A stretch of DNA of 64,000 nt from NCBI RefSeq assembly GCF_009914755.1, contig NC_060936.1; one strand, written 5' to 3'. Below, piece after piece: positions 49,262 through 64,000 of this stretch. A model generated the notes under the pieces. The model did not search any database, had not been told where the DNA came from, and was given only the letters and a program-made list of their open reading frames with translations. The stretch comes from the human T2T-CHM13v2.0 reference genome, Homo sapiens. The stretch's first letter is position 1, and the number at the start of each line of letters is the position of its first letter. The position numbers were made by a program, and so were the translations under genes.

Positions 49262-50275
49262 GTGTGCACCACATTGTCTGTAAAGCTGGCCACCAAGAAT
49301 GCCTCTCATCTCTGCATATATCTGCTACTCTTCCCACCAAGAAGGGGAGTCTATTTCCCCTCCCCTTGAATCTGGGCTATCCTTGCAACTTTCTCCAACC
49401 AAAAGACGGCTACAGAAAGCAGGTTGTGCCAGTTTTAGGCCTAGATTGAAAAGAGATCTAGCAGGCTCCACTTTTGCTTTCTTGGCACCTGAAGCTGGCA
49501 TGCAAGGAAGTCCAGGCTCTCCTGTTGGAAAGAGGCCACCCAGAGAAAGAAGCCTAGCAGAAGACAACTACATGAGAAAGGTTGTGGGGAGGAGCACTTA
49601 GACACCTCAACAAAAAGCCAGTACCAAGGCTCTATGCATGTGAATGAGACCATCCTGATCCTTCAGTGCTGGTAGAGTCCGGCAGACACCACACGGGACA
49701 AAGACAAAACCATCCCAACTGAGCCCCTGCCCAAATGCAGATCTGAAGAATCATGAGCAAATATAGCATTTCTGGAAGGACAAAACTTTAAAATGGCAAA
49801 CAGATTAGTGGCTGCCAGGAGTTAGGGACCGGAGTGAGAATGGAGGGTTAGCACCGGGAAGGTGTGGGATATGCTTACAAAAGGGCAACCCAAGGGATAC
49901 TTTCAGTGTTAGTTCCATTCACTATCCTGACTGTGGTGGTGCATACAGAAACACAGGCAGGTGGTAAAACTGTACACGCCTTAACATGCACATGTGTGTG
50001 TGCATACGTGCATATACGAGTGCAAGTAACCAGGGGTATCTGAATAAGATAAATGGGTTGTATCAATGCCAATATCCTGATTGTGTTGTTAAGAGTTTTA
50101 CAAAACGCTGCCCATTGGGAGAAACCAGGCAAAGAGCACATGAGCTCTCTGCATTTTTTTTTGTAACTGCATGTGAATCTATAATTATGTCAATAAAAAT
50201 TTCAAAATGGTGACATTAAGCTACTAGGTTTTGCGGTAGTCTGTTTTACAGCAATAGATAATAGATAACTGATAC
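49262..50275 (+). mobile_element. MLT1 (MaLR) LTR split by an L1M 3' fragment (about 49770-50205)
   Basis: MLT1-like tttcccctccccttgaatctgggct near the start and 3' end acagcaatagata...actgataca. The intervening piece has L1M 3'-end motifs (cagattagtggctgccagg). Confidence 0.65.
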
Positions 50276-51051
50276 AGAGCAGTAACATTTTAATGTAACT
50301 TGTTAGCTAAGATTTGTAAGACTAACTGGCTGTATATCTGATGTTAATAAGTACTAGCTATATTATTAATATGGTTTTATTTTTGCCTAGTTTATCTGCA
50401 TTTGACCAGTTCTCAATCACAAGCAATAATTGTCCCTTCAACTGGCTAGAGAGAAATGTGAAGAGAAAAAAGGCAGATATGAAAAAGGTTAATATTGTCA
50501 AAGAGGTACTTTCCTCATATTTTAACAACTCTGAAATTGGAGCGCATTTTATAACTGGCAGCATTTTTTTATTGGTGGCACAAAAATAATGTTAAATCAA
50601 TAGTCTTCAATTAGCTGAAATACGTGATATTAAAATCTTAGTTCTTCCTGAATCCAAATTGGTATTTAGCTGCATTTGAAGGCATTAAACATTTTTGAAT
50701 TTTCTATAATGCTTTTTAGCACTGTATTTGTACTTACTCTTTATATCATACAACAACCTTCCATTTATTATCAGAAGGGAATGCGATTCCTGTAAGTCAA
50801 ACAGATAACTTCAACTACCACAATTTACTAGGCAATTAAAAATACCCACCTAAAAAGGAAAAATAAAAAACTACAATATGGCAGAGACTGCAAATTTCCT
50901 TCCAACATTTATTCTCTCCCTTTTTGGTAAAATAATCCTGATTTTTAAAATAATGCATTTCCAACCTTTCCTGCAGCTGTTACATACACACACACACACA
51001 CATGACTAGTGCCTAAATTCTGACAATATCAAAATGGTATAGTCTCTACTA

Positions 51052-51219
<168 letters not shown>

Positions 51220-51925
51220 TCAGACACAGTGATTATAAACACAGCCCATACTTACTACTTAAAACAAAGGAACTGTCTTAAAGCTATAAAATGCTTTACC
51301 AAAACAAGGAAGAATAAAAGGACATAGACACGAAAGGCTAGAAAAAGAAATGGTCTCCTGAGAGATGGGCTATCTGAATTTGGTAGGTTATCAGATACAG
51401 GCTCGAGTGCAGTGAATGCATATTTATTTTTTCCTTATCAGCTCTACAGGAGAGGTGTGACTCTGTAGTAGACCCTTGTTGGATACTTCTCCAGCATACT
51501 TTCTTCCTTCCTCTCCTAGGAGAACCCTGATTTGGACTGTACTCACTCCCGGCTCCAGCTTATCCCAAACTGCGACCAAAAACAAGCACACAGCCAAGGC
51601 AGATCAATCAGGGGCCAAGAAGATTTGATTCGGGGACTTCCATTTAAGCCTCCTGGGAACGCTGTCCTAGTCAGTGTGGAGGATCAAGTCTTGGCTGAAG
51701 CCAGATTTACCTGGATTTTTCAGCTACTCTATTGGAAAAACTTCTTTATCACTTAAGCCATTTGGGCTCTCTGTTCTTTGTGTCCAAACATTCAACAGAT
51801 AAAATTTTTAGAGTAATCAAGGACCATATGTGAAGTCAGAATTAGAGGTATTGCCAAGGTACCTATTGGTATCTAATAGTTACCATTCCAAGAGAGTGGT
51901 CAGACTCAAAAAACCTCATGAGCTT

Positions 51926-52691
51926 CATCATCACTGGCCATCAGAGAGATGCAAATCAAAACCACAATGAGATATCATCTCACACCAGTTAGAATGGCAA
52001 TCATTAAAAAGTCAGGAAACAACAGGTGCTGGAGAGAATATGGAGAAACAGGAACACTTTTACACTGTTGGTGGGACTGTAAACTAGTTCAACCATTGTG
52101 GAAGTCAGTGTGGCGATTCCTCAGGGATCTAGAACTAGAAATACCATTTGACCCAGCCATCCCATTACTGGGTATATATCCAAAGGACTATAAATCACGC
52201 TGCTATAAAGACACATGCACACGTATGTTTATTGTGGCACTCTTCACAATAGCAAAGACTTGGAACCAACCCAAATGTCCAACAATGATAGACTGGATTA
52301 AGAAAATGTGGCACATATACACCATGGAATACTATGCAGCCATAAAAAATGATGAGTTCATGTCCTTTGTAGGGACATGGATGAAATTGGAAATCATCAT
52401 TCTCAGTGAACTACTGCAAGGACAAAAAACCAAACACCGCATGTTCTCACTCATAGATGGGAATTGAACAATGAGAACACATGGACACAGGAAGGGGAAC
52501 ATCACACTCTGGGGCCTGTTGTGGGGTGGGGGGAGGGGGGAGGGATAGCATTAGGAGATATACCTAATGCTAAATGACGAGTTAATGGGTGCAGGACACC
52601 AGCATGGCACATGTATACATATGTAACTAACCTGTACATTGTGCACATGTACCCTAAAACTTAAAGTATAATAATAAACAAAAACAAAAAC
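51926..52691 (+). mobile_element. 5'-truncated L1PA (L1PA3-like): ORF2 C-terminus (51949-52467), 3'UTR and decayed A tail
   Basis: The [19 protein letters not shown]...[10 protein letters not shown] is the L1 ORF2p C-terminus. The G-rich 3'UTR has GACGAG rather than the Ta-type ACA. Perfect 17-bp TSD AAAAACCTCATGAGCTT at 51909-51925 and 52692-52708. Confidence 0.95.
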
Positions 52692-53162
52692 AAAAACCTC
52701 ATGAGCTTTCCTGAACTCATCTTAAATTTAATTCTTTTTCTTTAAATAACCAAAGGTAGGAAATAGCATACTAAAATTCCTAACTCTGCAGCTAAATGAT
52801 TTTTTCAGTATGTATGTACATGTGACAACACATTCTTTCACTGGACTAGTCAACAACTATATTAGGAAACAATAAGATACAGACTGTAAAACAGTGCAGT
52901 CACTTTGGAAAACAGTTCAGCTCCTCAAATTGTTAAACACAGAGTTACCATATGACCCAGCAATCCCACTCCTAGGTATAGTCAAGAGAATTGAAAACAC
53001 ATGTACACATATATAAAAAAAAAATGAACACAAATGTTCAAAGCAGCAGTACTCACGATAACCCAAAGGCAGAAATAACCCAATGTCCACCACTGAGAAA
53101 TAAACAAATTGTGCTATATCCATGCAATGGAATATTTTGGGCCATAAAAAGGAGTAAAATAT

Positions 53163-53466
53163 GGCCTAGAGTGGTGGCTCATGCCTGTAAACCAGACACT
53201 TTGGGAGGCCGAGGCGGGTGGATCACGAGGTCAGGAGTTCAAGACCAGCCTGGCCAAGATGGTGGAACCCCGTCTCTACTAAAAATACAAAAATTATCTG
53301 GGCTGGGTGGCAGCGCCTGTAATCCCAGCTACTCAGGAGGCTGAAGCAGGAGAAATGCTTGAACCCGGCGGGTGGAGGCTGCAGTGAGCTGAGATTGCAC
53401 CACTGTACTCCAGCCTGAGCGACAGAGTGAGACTCTGTCTCAAAAAAAAAAAAAAAAAAAAAAAAA
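53163..53466 (+). mobile_element. Alu (AluSg-like)
   Basis: TSD aaaag(g/c)agtaaaata. Confidence 0.94.
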
Positions 53467-53728
53467 GCAGTAAAATACTAATACTTGCTTGACATGGATG
53501 AACCCTAAAAACATGAAAGCTAAGTGAAAGAAGTCAGACACAAAAGGCCATATATATTGGATGATTCCATTTATATGAAATGTCCAGAATAGGCGAGTAG
53601 ATTAACAGTTACTTAGGGCTGGGGTGGGAAAATAAAGGAATGGAAAATGAATGTTCATGTGTATGGGTTTCTCTTTGACGGGGATAAAAATTAGTGATGA
53701 TGATTGCACAACTAAAAACCAGAATTGT

Positions 53729-54133
53729 GGCCAGATGCGGTGGCAGCACTTTGGGAGCCCGAGGCAGGTAGATCGATTGAGCTCAGGAGTTCAAGACCAG
53801 CCTGGGCAATATGGAAAAACCCTATCTCTACAAAAAATACAAAAATAGCTGGGTGTGGTGGTGTGCGCCTGTAGTCCCAAGCTATTTGGGGGGCTGAGGC
53901 AGAAGGATGGCTTGAGCTTGGGAGGCGGAGGTTGCAGTGAGACAAGATTGTGCCATTACACACCCCAGCCTGGGCAACAGAGTGAGACCCGGTCTGAAAA
54001 AATAAAATAAAAATAAAAACATCGCTTGAACCCAGGGGGTTGCAGTGAGCCAAGATTGTGCCACTGCACTCCAGCTTGGGCAACAGAGTGAGACTCCATT
54101 TCATTCATTCATTCATTCATTAATAAATAAATA
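53729..54133 (+). mobile_element. Alu plus a second Alu 3' fragment in tandem (54021-54133)
   Basis: Dimer lacking about 16 bp near the 5' end, then an A tail, then atcgcttgaaccc...gagactcc and (ATTC)n. Confidence 0.88.
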
Positions 54134-54202
54134 ACCATAGAATTCTATATTATGAAGGGATGAATTTTACGGTCCGTGAAAAACTTACTAAAAAAAGAAA
54201 CA

Positions 54203-54496
<294 letters not shown>

Positions 54497-55640
54497 AAAC
54501 AATGAGATATACAATACTTTGAACTATTAAAATCTTTATTATTCATCAGTTTTCTTTGCTAGTGTACTTTTAAGTTAAAAAAATAGTTATATATATATAT
54601 ATATGCACAAAACATCTGGATTGTCTCCCCATCTCAACTCAGTTTTTCATTATAGAGTCCTGAAACCTTCATGTTATGGAAGTATGATAAACGAAAGGCC
54701 AAGTTATAATTATTTTTTGTAAAAGGGTGGAAAGAGAAATTGCCTCAGTTTGTTCATTCATCTGAATTACATTAAATTACTTGACTGTGTAAGTCAGAAG
54801 TTCTGGAATATGAAACAAAACGTATTAATTGGCCAAGTCCCAGTCTGTGCTTTATACAATTAGCCCAATGTTACAAAAACAAGTATCCCTTGTTATCCAA
54901 ATCTATTCAGTTTCTGAGTTTGGAAAGTGAAAGGTCAAACACAGAGTGGTAACTGAGTTTCCTTTGGTCAGAGAGGCTCAATATCTGACAAGCTAGCAAT
55001 TACTTCTTTCTTCAAAGCAAAATAAGCATCAATATAACATAGCTTTCTGCTTTTACCACTAATCAATAGCCCGAGTCACAGGATTATTGGCTTGTATATT
55101 TAAGTGTGCACCTGTACTATTAGGCATTTAAGGCAAAATTTGACACTAAATAAACTATTACATCTAAAACTTCCATCATGCCCCAATATTTGTTGAAATC
55201 TGGAATAGTAAATTTGAGGATCTGCAGGCTGAATTATTTTAGATCACCAATACAGACTGTGTACAGTATTCCAGATAGAAAATAAATGGTTTAAAATTGT
55301 GATGGCAAGAAGTGCTCAAAATTTGAAATTGTGGCCCAGAATCATGCATAGAAAGTTGGCATTTTTTAGGTAGATAAGAAGAGGGAACACAGTTATAAAC
55401 ATCCCCTGAAGGTGTACTTGATTCATAAAAGTAATAATGGCAACGAGCACCACAAAGTTAAAGACATCTACAGACAATTATTAGAAACTTGTTCCTTGAC
55501 CTAAGATAAGGGCAGAACATTACACTATACACTAAGAGGCTACAGAAAATGGAGGAGAAGAGTTTACTCATAGGTTATAAAATGTTCCCCAAAAACATGG
55601 TCCTGAAGAAATTATTTTTCAATAATAGTAGAAAAGGAAA

Positions 55641-56006
55641 AATTAGTCCATTTGGGCTGCTATAACAAAATACCTTAGACTAGGTAATTGTAAACAACAG
55701 AAATGTGTTTCTTCCAGCTCTAGAGACAGGGAAGTCCAAGATTCAGGTGCCAGTAGATTCTGTCTGGTGAGGACTCACTCTGCTTCATCGATGGCAGGTT
55801 CTCGGTGCATCCTCACATGGTAGAATAGGCTAACAAGCACTTTTGGGCCTCTTTTATAAGGGCACTAATCCCATTAACGAGGGCTGTGCCTTCATCACTT
55901 AATCACTTACCAAAAGGCCCCCATCTCTTACACCACCACACTGGAGATTAGGTTTCAACATAGGAATTGGGTGGGTGGAGGGAGGGGACACATTCAGACC
56001 ACAGCA
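55641..56006 (-). mobile_element. MaLR LTR (MLT1A/MST-like)
   Basis: Runs from ttagtccatttgggctgctataacaaaatacc to cattcagaccacagca. Confidence 0.8.
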
Positions 56007-56713
56007 CACAGTATTGAAAACAGAGGCCTTAACAAACATGCATAGTTAATAGAAAAAAATGCCATTTTTAAAATGCAGAAGGACCTGCTGATTAGTGACT
56101 TAGAAACTGGAGGAGGCAGTACACATACAAAACAACTTCAACTATACATTTTGCACTATTTCTAGGTTGAAATGTATTAAATTACAGCCTCAAACTAGTA
56201 GACTCAGTTAGTTAGTATATCCCCAGGAATGCAGATACAAGAGGACCTCTGTGCCTATGCTTCATTCAACAGTGTTCACAGTGAACGGATCACAGTAGGG
56301 CTACATGTCTGGGTTCACAGGTAGGAGGTATACATATACAAGTTATAACATAGAGTGACATTTCTATAGATTCACATTAGATAAAAAGTACGTTTGCTAT
56401 CCCCATTCTGTCTTAGAAAACACAATTACCTGTTACATCTATTCTTGATACAATCTTTTGTGATTTAAGACTTGCCTATAATCACCGTCTCCTTCACTTC
56501 TATTCTCTCCTTGACCCATTCATATCTACTCTACTGAGAATGTGCGTGTCAAGATTATGACTGATGCTCAAAGCCAATATTCCTGCTGTTATTCAACTTA
56601 ACCTCTCTGTAGCATCTGACACTCCCTCCTTCTTGAAATTTTCAGCTTTTGGTTTCTCCAACATCACCATCTACTGGTTTCCTCCCACCTCACTGGCTGT
56701 TCCTGCTCAGTCA

Positions 56714-57184
<471 letters not shown>

Positions 57185-57852
57185 TCATAAACCTACACCT
57201 GTAGCCCTGTCTTCTTCCTGGAATGCCAGTCATATATTTGATTGCAAATTTGATATCTCCAATTGGCTAATAGGTATCTTAAACTTAAAATGGACAAAAT
57301 AGAACTCTCGATTTTTCTCAAAAACCTGCTTTCCCCCCAGTTTTCACTGTTTCTGTAAAGGCACCATCCACCCTAGCATTAATGGCAAAATCTACAGCAC
57401 AAGTAAATGAACCATACCTCCAAAACATAGCCTAAACCCTTCCACTTCTGTTTCCCCGTTATTAGCACCCTAATTCAAGTCACTACCAACTACACTACTG
57501 CAATAGTCTCCTAACTAGTCTTACTCCCATTCTCCTTCGCTCAACCCACACACAACCAATTCTTTATGCCTGAAGTGCATTACCGTGCCTGTTTAAAATC
57601 CTCTAACAGCCTCCCATCGTGCTGATAAAACCCAAGCTCCTGTCTACCTATCTGATCTCAATCTTACCCTTCTTTCCCGACTGCCTGCCCCCCACACCCC
57701 ACACACATGGCTGAGTGCCCTTTGATTTCTCAATACAAACACTATGTCAGTTTCACTGGTCTTCTTTCTGCTTTTTAATACCCAACTCATTCCCACCGTA
57801 GGACTATTCCCTCTGCTTAGAATGTGCTTCCTATGATCTTTTTATGGCTGGC

Positions 57853-58901
<1,049 letters not shown>

Positions 58902-59017
58902 GGCTGGCTCTTTCTTGTTCTTCAGACAGCAACTTAAATGTCACCTTCTCAGACAGGCATTTTCTGCCTACCTAATTTCAGAGCCACCCCAATTACTATT
59001 TTAATTGCTTAGAATCC

Positions 59018-59020
<3 letters not shown>

Positions 59021-59065
<45 letters not shown>
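59021..59065. repeat. (TATC)n tetranucleotide STR at an Alu tail
   Basis: About 11 perfect units. Confidence 0.95.
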
Positions 59066-59066
<1 letters not shown>

Positions 59067-59280
59067 TTTTTTGAGGCACAGTCTTGCTCCGATGCCTAGG
59101 CTAGAGTGCGGTGGTGCAATCTTGCTCACTGCAAGCCTCCGCCTCCCGGGTTCAAGCGATTCTTATACCTTAGCCCCCAAGTAGCTGGGACCACAGGTGC
59201 ATGCCACCACGCCCAGCTGATTTTTGTATTTTTAGTAGGGATGGGATTTTGCTATGTTGGCCAGGCTGGTCTCAAAGTCC
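59066..59280 (-). mobile_element. Alu (5'-truncated)
   Basis: Right arm, linker and part of the left arm. Confidence 0.9.
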
Positions 59281-60401
59281 TGTCATTACTGATATTTTTT
59301 TTAGGGTTAGCTCTGTGAGAGCAGGGGCCTTGATGCTTCATTCACTGTTACAACAGTGCCTGGCACATACATAACAAGAGCTCAGTAAATATTTTAAGTG
59401 ACTGAATAATTGAAAAGTAGGGACATTCCAAGAGTAACAATAAAATAATTTTCTAACTTCATAAATTCATTTCCAACACATGCACAGTAATGACATATTT
59501 GTTTAGCATGGCAATTTTATCAAAGATATATGCTGGGCTCTTTAAATAGATTTTCAATTATATTAAAAGCAGGGAATTTTATTGTTTTAAATTGACGAAA
59601 TAATCGACAGTGTCTGGTTTACTTGCATAGCTGCTAGTATTTCCATTTAAAATAGTTACCTTAGAATTTTAGAGCCTGAGCATGTTTTATTCTATAAAAG
59701 CTATGGAGAGTAAAACAGTAAGCTACGGTTGATCTGCTTACTTAGTGTATGCTATTTAAGAGTGGAAAGAGAAGTCTCAAAATTGGAGTTTTAAAAACTT
59801 GCAACAAATTAGATAAAATTTTTTAAGAATAACAAAGCTCTCAAGAAAAATCACTTTTTTAAAATAAAAAAAAATGGCTTGTGGAAAGCTGGCAAAATGG
59901 AATAGAAGTAGTCATGTTTTGAGCATTTAGTTGAGCCATTTATAAAGTTCTAAACTGGTTTCACAGAAATTCTTGGAACAGATTCCATATTTTTGTTTGC
60001 CAGATAGAGGGCAGGAAGAAAACACCCAACAGAGTTCATGTGGGTGGGAGTGTGGAGGTTTCTTTCAGGCCCTCATCTGGGTGTTTATATTGTGACAGCA
60101 AACTCTGTGGTTAAGCTTGTGCAGTAATTAAGTAGTATGTTTATTATAACTAAATCTCAATAGACTTTTCTAAGATTTCCCCTCAGGCTCAGGGAGAAGT
60201 GAAATAGGATTCTGACTTATAAACCCAGATAAATGAAGTTTTATGTTACTGAATACCTGCACCAATAGCCTCAAACTTCATTATGCATAAAACCAAACGT
60301 AAGGAAAAGAGAAAAAATAAATTCAAACAAAATAAACCAGAAGAAAGGGAGATGTAACATCAATTTCAACACTAATTAGAGAGGGAAAAAGAAGAATTTA
60401 G

Positions 60402-60960
<559 letters not shown>

Positions 60961-62147
60961 TAGCAGAGAACTGTCTTTCTGTTCTCCTGTACCTGAGTAC
61001 CATAATCACCCTGGGTGTGTCCCCTGGCTTTCAAAATGCCACATTGAATCTGAACCGTGCTCATTTTAACTACCGAGAGAAAGGAGATAATCACAAGTTT
61101 GGGGAGAGAGTGATTTTTATAAGTGGCTGAATGTCTGGTGACAGAAAAAGGGAAGTAAGGCATTATGTAAAACTTAAAACAAAATCTAGTCTTGTTCATC
61201 ACACTGGTGTGAGATAAGGTGGTGGTGGTGCATGTGCACAAGTAAGAGCAGATTCTGACCTGCACTACTTACCAGCTTCTGATGAACTCAGCAGCCGAAT
61301 CTATTAAAGGGAGAGGAAATTCACTAGCACTGCCCTGACAGAATCTCAAGGTTGCTCTATAAGCAACTAAATACAACTATAAGCAAAGTTGTATTTGCAG
61401 TGTTGTTCTCCAACAGCCACTTTCTAATGTACAGGATCAGGATATATCTCAAGGAGTCAGAAGAAAGGCCAAACCACAGCCATAAGATCGCACTGAGGAC
61501 TACAGGGACACCATGGGTCTAGAGTTATTCTCACAATCACAGAACTAAGACCTCAAGTTAAAGTGCTTGAACATGGCAGGGAGCCCAAGAAGGGTGGAAT
61601 ACCAAAACTGCTATTTCTTGTCCAATCTAATGACTGAGAATAGTGGTATCATTAACAGAATGGCAAGGATTTACTTTAACTTACTTGCCCCCGCCACACC
61701 CCAGAAAGTGCTAGTCTATCTAACAAGTATTATTTTAGAATTGCTGTATTATTTTAGTCATCTGCATATTTTCGATGGACTTATAAATTAATCTATATAT
61801 TTAACATAAGCCAAATTGACAATTTTCATAACTACTACTGATTGTTCCATTTCTCAAAAATCACAATTAAATCCAAAAGGTTACAAAAGGAAAGGTTAGA
61901 TTTCTCACAGATGCTTTAAATTACTGCTCTTTTACCATAGCTCATTATACCTAATGTGTAAGAAAATAGTAAGGACAAAAATGCCTTAAAAATTTGTGCA
62001 TAAATTACTTTTTATCACTTTAGTGTAATAACACTAATGATCAATGAGCAAGCTACAGGTGATTTGTGTAACACTCAATTTTGGTTTTTTTTTTTGGCCA
62101 TCTTTCAAGGCCCAGGATGTAATACAAACTTGATTACTATGTAAATA

Positions 62148-62345
62148 TCCATCTCTACAAAAAATTTAAAAATTAGCTGGGCATGGTGGCACATGTCTAT
62201 ATTCTTAGACATGCTCATGGAGGCTGAGATGGGAGGATTGCGTGAGCCCAGGAATTTAAGGCTGCAGTGAGCTATAATCAACGCCCCTGCATTCCAGCCT
62301 GAGCAACAGAGATCCTCCCTCTAAAACCAGAGGAAGAAAACAAAA
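62148..62345 (+). mobile_element. AluJ/FRAM-like partial element
   Basis: Linker plus right arm. Confidence 0.85.
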
Positions 62346-63566
62346 AACAAAAGAAAACAATAATAATAAAAAGTAAAACTAAACCTAAACTTTACCTGAT
62401 ACTCTCTTTCCCTCTAACAAAGTTATTAGAGATGGGCTCAACTCTAACAAGCATCTAAATCAGTACTCTAAAGGTAAAAAATAATTTCAGGTAATCAATA
62501 CCAACTTCTACAAAGTTGTAGCCAACTGGCAACACAATTTCTGAAGACATTCTATTGTTTAAGTAGATACGAATAGATTAATGAGCCACCACAGAGGCAA
62601 GTGAAACAGGATGATCTATCTATACTAGCAATGGCCTAAGGTTACCAAGATATAGCAAATACAGGTAAAATGTAGACATGTTGAGAAGATTTCCTTTGAA
62701 TTTTACTTAGAAAATCCAAACAGCTCTAAAAAACAGATCAATATATACTCTGTACGAAGTGATTTTTGCACGTGGCATCTGAAAATATGTCCAAGAAAAT
62801 TTCTAGCTTCTATCAGGCATGCTAGTTAGCTATGAGGAAGCTTGACTAGTGCACAATACATGTAGTCTTTACCTTTTGGGACCAGGAAAATCCTATTTAT
62901 CCGAGACTCCTAAAAACCACTCTGGGTTACAGGTTCTGGATCTTCTCACACATACCCTCCCCCTACAATTCTCATGTCCTCAGGCCTTACCACTTCTTTG
63001 TGACAGCTGCTGCTTTATAAAGACATAATTCTAGCGTGAAGTATTTCTACTGGAAAATCTGGGATTGACAGGATGTTGACAAGGACTCAGTAAAAATAAC
63101 CATTCCTAACAGAGTGTGTAGATACAAACAGGCAGTCACTGGTCAGAAGTTTTCCTCAGCTGAGTCACCCGGCCATGGAAAACCCCAAGTTTGCACCTGA
63201 GAGGCTCTGAAATACTACCCTCTGGAGTGCAAATATAAAACACATTAGGCTTGGAGAAACTGTTCTAAAGCAACTTGTTGGACCAGCTAGATTTAGAAAT
63301 ATAATGGATGGTTGGTAAAAGGTAACTCTAGGGGCTGCCAAGGGAACTCAGTTCCAAAAACCCTTCCCATAAAATTAGGCTTTCCAGAGACACACATCTT
63401 AGATGTTCCAGAGGTTTATGAGTCCTCTCTGTTGCCCCTTTCAAATCTAAATACTTCCTCAAAGTCTCTAGAGCCATCTGTTAAGGCCAAAGTAAATCTC
63501 AACATGTCTACACCACAGAAGTTTATGCCGCATTGTAAGGAAGTCTAAAAGGCCAAATGAATGCAC

Positions 63567-63670
63567 AGCTACTTGGGAGGCTGAGGTGGGAGGACTGCTT
63601 GAGCCCAAGAGTTCAAGACCAGCCTGGACAACATAGTGAGACCAGCCTTTAAAAAAAAAAAAAAAAAAAC
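63567..63670 (+). mobile_element. Alu monomer fragment
   Basis: agctacttgggaggctgagg...catagtgagacc plus A tail. Confidence 0.85.
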
Positions 63671-63793
63671 AAAAGCCAAATGCTGCTATTCTGGATTTCA
63701 TACTGTGAAAAAGAATGAAAGAATGTTAGGTTTTTTGACAGTGGACGTTAGGGTTTTTCAAACACTTTCCCTTTTTAAATGTGAGTAACATCC

Positions 63794-64000
63794 TATATTA
63801 GTTTCCTACTGCTGCTGTAGAAATTACCACAAATACTGACTTTACACAAGCTTATTCTCATAGTTGCGGAGGTCATGAATCTGACATCGGTTTTATAGGG
63901 CTGGTTCCCTGTGAGGGCTCTGAGGGAAGAATGTGTCCTTGCCTTTTTCATCTTCTAGAGGACCACCTGCATTCCTTGGCTCACATTCCCTTCATCGATC
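63794..64000 (-). mobile_element. MaLR LTR (MLT1B/C-like), cut by the window end
   Basis: tattagtttcctactgctgctgtagaaattaccacaa ... cattccttggctc. Confidence 0.75.

Larger units (their letters stand above)
52880..54190 (+). mobile_element. Old L1M 3' fragment interrupted by Alus
   Basis: Motifs agagttaccatatgacccagcaatcccactcctaggtata and gattccatttatatgaaatgtccagaataggc. Confidence 0.7.

Noticed and set aside
59660-59691. Other minus-strand pseudo-exons (here, and donors near 11446, 12874, 20400 and 30671)
   Set aside because: Acceptors or donors are weaker or unpaired; expected background in long introns.
59998-60015. CTCF-like motif CAGATAGAGGGCAG
   Set aside because: The 3' half fits, but the CCAC/CCAG 5' core is out of register.

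Overview
Human (primate) genomic DNA, very Alu-rich (about 40 Alu copies or monomers). The whole window lies inside the minus-strand gene SPPL3 (signal peptide peptidase-like 3). Two short coding exons are visible, both missed by the ORF track: exon 2 (23929-24006) and exon 3 (4582-4670). The rest is intron 1 (from 24007 onward), intron 2 (19,258 bp) and part of intron 3. Intron 1 carries a frameshifted processed ARF1 pseudogene (about 57853-58901), a 5'-truncated L1PA-type insertion with a 17-bp TSD, a near-complete Charlie1-type hAT element, solo LTRs and a roughly 400-bp polypurine VNTR. Almost all listed ORFs are repeat-derived noise. I see no convincing new biological system. The best leads are a 39-bp fold-back hairpin (20022-20108), a candidate 28-nt poison micro-exon (61273-61300), a candidate cryptic exon (3374-3486), and inverted Alus around an exon 2 that could be skipped in frame. 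Repeat subfamily names come from remembered consensus sequences, and most repeat boundaries are approximate.
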